Assembly (NCBI RefSeq): GCF_009834535.1
Contig: NC_045727.1
Location: 10,416,001 to 10,480,000 of the forward strand
DNA length: 64,000 nt
DNA from: Camelus ferus
Lineage: Eukaryota
Direction of reading: 5' to 3'
Below the pieces are notes generated by a model. It was not told the origin of the DNA. It saw only the letters and a program-made list of their open reading frames with translations, and did not search any database. The position numbers were made by a program, and so were the translations under genes. Positions within the stretch are counted from its first letter, which is position 1; the number at the start of each line of letters is the position of its first letter. This document shows positions 57,561 through 64,000 of the stretch, piece by piece.

Positions 57561-58549
57561 GTCTGAGGAACCTGTGTGGGTGGCCGGGGAGTCTTGTGCG
57601 CTGCTGGTGGGAGGCACAGATTGACACACCCACTTGGGGAAACAGGCACTGACCTGCCAAGCTGAGCATTCTTCTATTCTGTGGTCCAGCGTGTCCATCT
57701 GGGGGAAGCTCCAGAGGAATTCTTGCAGCGCTGCTCACACTCACACACATCTCAGAAACAGCTCAGACTTGTGTTCACACGCCGGGGTACTTGCCCCAGG
57801 GAGCCAGTGAATGATGGGCTCTTGTAGTGACATGGACAACTCTTAGAGCAGAATGTGGGTGACAGAGGCAGGTTACCAGAAGGTACACACAGCACAGTAG
57901 AGGCGCGCACAGCTGAGCCCAGTCTCCTTGTCAGAGACATCCACGTGTGGCCCACAAGGAAGCAGCAGGTAGAACGTGAACGCACGGCACCTGGGCTTCC
58001 GTTCTTCCCCTTGGGGAGACAGGTCAGCGTGGGAGAAGCGACTGAGGGGTGCAGCCCCACGGCAGATGAGGGAGGTAAAAGGGGCTGGGGGTCTCAGCAG
58101 AGTAGATCACGAGGCTTTCTGTCTTACATAGGGGCTGCATGTGTTCTTTGGAATATTTCAGGTATCAGACGACCTTGTTTGTTTGTTTTTAAGAAAAGCC
58201 AATAGGAGAGTGAAGGCTGAGTTAGCGCAGCAGGGAAGGTGCAGCCTTGGGCCTGCTTGAGGGCAAGATGCTGGAACACAAGGGGCTTTGCCTGGGAGGC
58301 CCTAAATGCCTGGGCTGGTGGGCACCTGGCCTGGGGGTGAAATGGGCTTAGTGGGGGTCTCCCTCCCGACTTGGCGTAGCCAGGTGACATTCTCTCCCAC
58401 AGTGATGTGACGTTCACTTCCTTGACCCATGTCGTCTGCTGGGGTGCCATGAGTCGTGTGTGGCTGGTGAACACCTGGGATGTGGCCATTATGCCCTACG
58501 ATGGGCTCTGAACACCAGGGCTTCGTACCAGCGAGTGCAGCACCTCACT

Positions 58550-58680
58550 AATGCTTTTTAACATTCATTACACAACAGCGTTACAGTGTTTTGGATGTAC
58601 TGAGTTAAATACAATGATTAAAATTAATTTCGTGTCTTCTGAAATGTGATTGCACTATATTTCTGTTAAACAGTGCTTAG
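58550..58680. mobile_element. hAT-Charlie non-autonomous fragment (MER3/MER33-like)
   Basis: gttttggatgtactgagttaaatacaatgattaaaattaatttc...cactatatttctgttaaacagtgct resembles the MER3/MER33 end. Confidence 0.55.
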
Positions 58681-59349
58681 ACTTGCAGTCTGCAAAATAG
58701 GAGGCACCAGGCCCAGCAGAGGGGAGCCGTGGAAGTTGAAAATAGAGAAATTAAGAGAAGTTCTCTGTGGGGATGGGAGGGGCCCTCAGGCATATTTTCT
58801 GCCTGCTCCGTAGATGCCAGCAGTCTGGTCTGGTTCCCCAGGCAGGGCTGAAGGAGTCTTTCCTGGAGAAATTGGCACTTCATGGACAAGGTCAAAGAAC
58901 TGTCAGGGCGATGGAGGGTGCCCACCTTGGGGCTCACCTGAACCCTGCCAGCGCCTCTGCCAGGGGGACCGCCTTCCTCTGAAACACGAAGGGCAGCCAG
59001 CGCTCCCCAGACTCTGGGAGGAAACGTCCCTGGGGTGCCCACTGGACTCCGACAAAGCATCCTAGAGCAGCAGGCCAGAGCGGAGTGGCTGAGGTGACTG
59101 ACCGCCCTGCGTGAAGCAGTGTCGGGTGCGGGAGCCAAGCTGCCAGGGCGGGTTCCCCGCGTCCACTTCTTCCCGGTGGTGGTCCTGCGTGCAGGGTGCT
59201 TCCTGAGCTTCACAGTCCTCGTCTGTGAGACGGGGCCAGTTGTCAGGGGGCCGATGTGTGTGAGGTGCTGGAACAGGACGTGACACTGAGCAGTCCCTTG
59301 CCGTATGGTGGCACTTAGCTTATTAAGTCAGGGAGGGGAAGAAGGCTTT

Positions 59350-62300
59350 ACAGTGTATTCTGATGACAGCTGAGTGGCAGTCTCAGGGACTCCTGGCCCT
59401 CATCTCCTTGGATACATTAAAAACAACTAGAGGCTGATCTCTCTTTCCTCTGACTTGGAGCTTAGATAGGGAAAAATGACATAGTTTGGATCTCAGGCTG
59501 CAAAAAGCTACAGAAAGTGGCGAGCAGTGCTCATGAAAACAGCCCAGGACTAGGGCGGGGGTGCAGTCCTGCTGGCACCTGAGGCAGAGGACTGTGGGGG
59601 GAGGGTACAGCATGTCCAAGACCCTAGAAGCAGGTGACACGCTCTGGGAGATGAAAACATTTTAAAGCAGCCATGTGTGCTTAGGAATAAAAAGTTCATA
59701 CACGGCCCAGACAAGGATACACGTGCAGAAAAGACCTGAGAAGACCCTAAGCGTTCACCGTGAGCTGGTCCCAAGGCTTAGAACAAAACCTGCTAATTAG
59801 TGAAGGTCTTCCCCAGGGCAGAGCCAGTCTGTGAGGATGGGAGAGGTACTTTTCAAATGCCTAATATTCAACAACAGGAAAATTACAAGCTTACAGAGGA
59901 AGAGGAAAATACAGCCCATTTAAAGGAAGAAAGTAGACCTCAGACATACTAAACAAAGGATTTAAAACTACTGTCTTAAATATGCTCAGAGAGGTGAAAG
60001 AAAATATGGACAAAAAACTGGACCAAATTGAAAAATTCACTAGACGGTTCAGCATTGGGTACCAATGGGCAGAAGAAAGACTAAGTGAACTTAAAAAATA
60101 AACATTTGAAATTATTGAGTCTCTGGGACAAAAAGAACAAAGAAGGGTGAACAGAGCCTTGGGGACTTACAGGATCACCCAGGGACAAGCAGCAGGATGC
60201 GCATCTTTTTTTCTCAAGGGCACATAGCACATTCTCGAGGATAGGCCATGTTAGGCCACAGAGCAAGTCTGCACACATGTGAAAGATTGAAATCATGCAA
60301 GTCACAGTGGGATGAGACTAGACAGCAGCAGCAGAAGGGAAACAGGAAAATCCACAAACACTTGGAAATTCAGGAGCACGCTCTTAAACAGTCATGAGTG
60401 AAGACGAAACCACATGGGAAACTGGAAACTACTTTGAGACAATGAAAATGAAAATACCACATACCAGTCCTTGTGGACTGCGGCAGAAACAGCGCTAAGA
60501 AAGAAATGCACAGCTGCAAACACGGATCAGCAAACCTGACAAACCATTAGCTATATTGACTAGACAGAAGACTCAAAGAACTAAGAAGTTGGGGCATTAC
60601 TACCCATTTTACAGAAACAAAAAGGATTAAGAGTACAATGAAGAGTTATATGCCAACAAATTAGAAAACCTAAATGAAACAAACAGACTCCTAGAAACAC
60701 ACAACCTGCCAAGAGAAAACTGCAGGCTCATATCCCATGAAGATGATACAAAAATCCAGAAGAAAGTACCAGCAAACAGAATTTAACAGTGCATTAAGAG
60801 GCTTATACACCATGACCAAATGGATTTATTCTTGGAATACAAGGATAGTTCAACAAACTAAAAATCAATGGAATATACCACATTAGCAGAATGTAGAGGG
60901 GGAAAAACACATATTGATGCAGGAAAAGCATTTGGCAAAATTTAACATTCTTTCATAGTAAAAACACTCAACAAGTTAGAAATAGAAGAAAACTACCTAA
61001 ACCTAATAAAGGCATGTGTGAAAAACCCACAGTTAACATCATAAATGCTGGTAAAAGACTGAAAGCTTGTTCTCTAAGATCAGGAACAAGACAAGAATTT
61101 CACTAGTTTTATTCAGCATTGTGTTGGAGGTTCTAGCCAGAGCATTTAGACAAGAAAAGAAGGCATCCAAATTAGAAAGAAAGAAGCAAAATTATCCCTG
61201 TTTACAAGTAGCTGGATTTTATACATGAAAACCTAAACATCCCACCAAAACAGAACTGTTAAAAAGAATGTGATGACGTTGCAGGACACAAAATCAGCAC
61301 ACAGAAATTACTTGTGTTTCTCTACATGAACAAACAACCTGAAAAGAAAATTAAGGAAGTAATCCCATTTGCAACAGCATTCAAAAGAGATTAAAGAAGA
61401 CACAGGTAAGTGGAGAGATACATGTGCTTATGGCTGGAGGACTTAGGCAGATGCCCAAGCAGCCTGCAGACTGAGTGCAATTCTCAGTCAAAACGCCAAC
61501 AATGTTTCTTGCCAAAATAGAAGACTTCATCCTAGGGTTCATATGAAATCTCAAAGGACATCAAATAGCCAAAACATCCTTGAAAAGGAAGAACAAAGTG
61601 AGAAATCTCATGCTTCCTGATTGCAAAACGTACAGTAAAGCTACAGTAATCAGAACAGTGTGGGACTGGCATGCAGACATAAAGACCAGTCTGGTAGAAT
61701 AGAGAGCCCAGAAATAAACTCTGACGTATATGGTCAAATTATTTTCCTCAAAGCTTCCAAGACCAGTGAGGAGAAGCGCAGTCTTTTCAACAAGTGGGTC
61801 TGGACATCCACATGCAAAAGAATAAAGTTGAGCCTTAATGATACATAAAAATCAATTCAAAGTGGATCAAAGACCTGAATGTAAGAGCTAAAACTGTAAA
61901 ACTCCTAGAAGAAAACATGGGAGAAGAGCTTCATGACATCGGATTTGGCAATGATCTCTTACATATGACACCCAAAACACAGGCAGCAAAAGAAAAATAG
62001 ACACATTGAGTTACATCAAAGTTAAGAAGTTCTGTGCATTAAAGGAAGCATTCAGCAGAGTGAAAAATCGAATGAGATAAAATATTTGCAAATCATATCT
62101 GATAAGGGGTTAATACTCAGAATATATAAAGAATATGTATAGCTCAACAACANNNNNNNNNNNNNNNNNNNNNNNNNNNNNNNNNNNNNNNNNNNNNNNN
62201 NNNNNNNNNNNNNNNNNNNNNNNNNNNNNNNNNNNNNNNNNNNNNNNNNNNNNNNNNNNNNNNNNNNNNNNNNNNNNNNNNCAGTGAGATAACCTCCTTA

Positions 62301-62560
62301 TACTCATTAAGATGGCTGGTATTTAAAAAAAGAAAAGAAAAGAAAAAGCGTTAGTGAGTATGTGAAAGAAATTGGAACCCTTGTGGATGGTTGGTGGGAA
62401 TGTAAAATGGTACAGATTCCGTGGAAAACAGTATAGCACTTCATCAACAAACCAAAAGTAGACTGACTGACCACATGACCCAGCAACTCCACTTCTGCAT
62501 GTGTCCCCAGAGAATTGAAAGCAGGGTCTCTGAGCGGTGTACTTAAGAATGGTTAAATGT
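59350..62560 (+). mobile_element. Old, internally deleted L1 (L1M2/L1MA-like) with 5'UTR, ORF1, ORF2 and 3' remnants
   Basis: gcagaaaagacctgagaagaccctaagc (5'UTR type); ORF1-like gatttaaaactactgtcttaaatatgctc; ORF2 segments atgccaacaaattagaaaacctaaatgaaac, attgatgcaggaaaagcatttggcaaaatt, tggatcaaagacctgaatgtaagagctaaaactgtaaaactcctagaagaaaac. No open ORF. Confidence 0.8.
62153..62281. other. Assembly gap (129 N)
   Basis: N run inside the L1. Confidence 0.99.
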
Positions 62561-62570
62561 TTATGTTGTA

Positions 62571-62775
62571 CGGTCATCCCTTGGAATCCACAGGGGTTGG
62601 TCCAGGACCTGCTCGAGTACCAGAATCCGCAGGTGCTTGAGTCCCTTAGTGGGCCCTCTGTATCCGCCAGTTTGGCATTTGAATTATACTGTGGGTCGTA
62701 AACAGAATATTGGGAAAAAATCTGCCTATTTATGGACCTGCACAGTTCAAACCATGTTGTTCAAAGGATCAACAG
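62571..62775 (+). mobile_element. Tigger-family non-autonomous element (MER8-like)
   Basis: Preceded by TA; cggtcatcccttggaatccacaggggttggtccaggacc...ggacctgcacagttcaaaccatgttgttcaaaggatcaacag. Confidence 0.6.
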
Positions 62776-62829
62776 GATATGTGCTTTTTTTTTAACCTGT
62801 TATATATCCTGTGTTAGTCTTTCAATGTT

Positions 62830-63740
62830 TTAGCAGCTTTATTGAGATATAATTTATGTATCATAAAATTCACTGGTTTTAAAAGTGTGCATTTCAGTGA
62901 TTTTTGGTAACTTGGTTGCAGTACAGAGTTCTACAACCATCACTCGTCAATTTTGGAACATTTCCATCCCCCAAAACGACCCCCATATCCATTTGCAGTT
63001 AACTCTGTTCCCTCCCCAAGGCCCAGGCAACCACTGATCTATTTTCTGTCTCCCATAGACTGTTCTAGATGTTTCATGTAAAATGAGTCATACAGTTTGC
63101 CACCTTTGAAGCTAACCTCTTTCACGTAGCATTATGTTTGGGGGTTGTCCATGTCTAGCGCATCTCAGGACAGTTGACCCTTGAGCAGCGTGGGCATGAA
63201 CTGTGTGGGTCCCCTTCTGCATGGGTGTCTTTACGTACGGCTGTGTTTTCGATCCACGGTTCCTCAACTCTGCGGATATGGAGGAACCCTGGGTGGGGAG
63301 GGCCGACTGGGACTTATCCTCGGACTCGCAATTGTGTGGAGGGCCGGTGCCCCAACCTCTGCGCTGTTCAAGGGTCAACTGTAGTTGTTCTGTTTCTTCC
63401 CCAGACATTCCATTGTGTGGATGACACCACATTTTGTTGATGTGTTGATTTAATGGGCCTTTGGTTGCTCCCACTTAGGGGCGGGTATGAAGGAAGCAGC
63501 TGGGAACATTAGCAGACGCGTTTTTATGGGGGTCCACGCTTGCATTTCTCTTGGGCGAATGGGTAGGGGTGGGATTTCAGGGTCATATAGTAAATGTGTG
63601 TTTAATTTTTTAAGAAATTGCCTTCCAGAGTGGCCGTAGATTTACTGTTTTTAGAAAATGCCCTTAGCAGGCCCCCTTTGGCCATGCCTCCTCAGCTGCA
63701 GTCTCCCACGTGTTCTGCCGGAGCCCCCGCCGCCCCGGCC
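62830..63740 (-). mobile_element. L1MB-type 3' end, interrupted by a Tigger MITE
   Basis: gctttattgagatataatttatgtatcataaaattcac...ggcaaccactgatctattttctgtctc...cattccattgtgtggatg...gcatttctcttgggcg. Confidence 0.7.
63171..63381. mobile_element. Tigger2-derived MITE (211 bp) with 20-bp TIRs
   Basis: CAGTTGACCCTTGAGCAGCG 63171-63190 and CGCTGTTCAAGGGTCAACTG 63362-63381 (19/20 inverted match); TA on the right flank. Confidence 0.85.
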
Positions 63741-64000
63741 TCTCGCCTCCCTTCCCCACCAGTGGGGGTAGTCAGTCACTTTCTCCCACATCCCTCTTGT
63801 TTATGTTAGAGCCTCTGTTTTATGGCTTCCTGGTTCGGGTTGTTCCTTCATTGAAGCGGAAGTTTTGCAGAAAAGGACGATGGGAGACAGGTTTGTGATT
63901 CCTGGTTTGCAGTGTCTAACACCCCCACGCAGGGCAGATTGGCTGGATTCAGACTTCTAAGCTAGAAATCATTTTCTCCTACGCTTTTGAAGATTTACTC

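Noticed and set aside
55556-62281. N runs as hidden features
   Set aside because: All three fall inside L1 sequence and are simply unresolved repeat; the content cannot be read.
53784-64000. DGCR2 exon 3 (EVTGEVRP...VAQPVRFS-like)
   Set aside because: No matching coding sequence found. GC-rich patches such as 59040-59280 do not translate to it, so it probably lies beyond the window.

Overview
Mammalian genomic DNA, probably a camelid (camel, alpaca or llama), inferred from three Vic-1-like tRNA-derived SINEs. It is syntenic to the proximal human 22q11.21 DiGeorge region. Gene order on +: 3' end of CLTCL1 (last two exons), SLC25A1 (9 coding exons, 308 aa), GSC2 (3 exons, 200 aa), ESS2/DGCR14 (10 exons, 478 aa), intronless TSSK2 (-, 362 aa) and TSSK1 (-, 421 aa as assembled), then DGCR2 exons 1-2, with the rest of that gene apparently outside the window. 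Exon boundaries were read from GT/AG signals and checked for phase. Homology statements rely on remembered human/mouse/chicken proteins and repeat consensus sequences, not on searches. Intergenic and intronic DNA holds MLT1, ERVL, L1, L2, MIR, Tigger/hAT elements and three N gaps inside L1s. The most notable observations are: (1) retained, diverged CLTCL1 terminal exons in a lineage related to ones reported to have lost the gene; (2) a 1-nt frameshift that makes TSSK1 translate its own 3'UTR; (3) a minisatellite that triplicates an ESS2 5' splice site, plus a rare GAG acceptor in ESS2; (4) a K50-homeodomain site cluster about 8.6 kb upstream of GSC2 sharing a 14-mer with the GSC2 promoter; (5) a SOX + inverted CRE-like module and an AUG-UAG start-stop element shared by both TSSK paralogs; (6) an orphan housekeeping-type CpG promoter. 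No CRISPR, rRNA or true tRNA genes were found.
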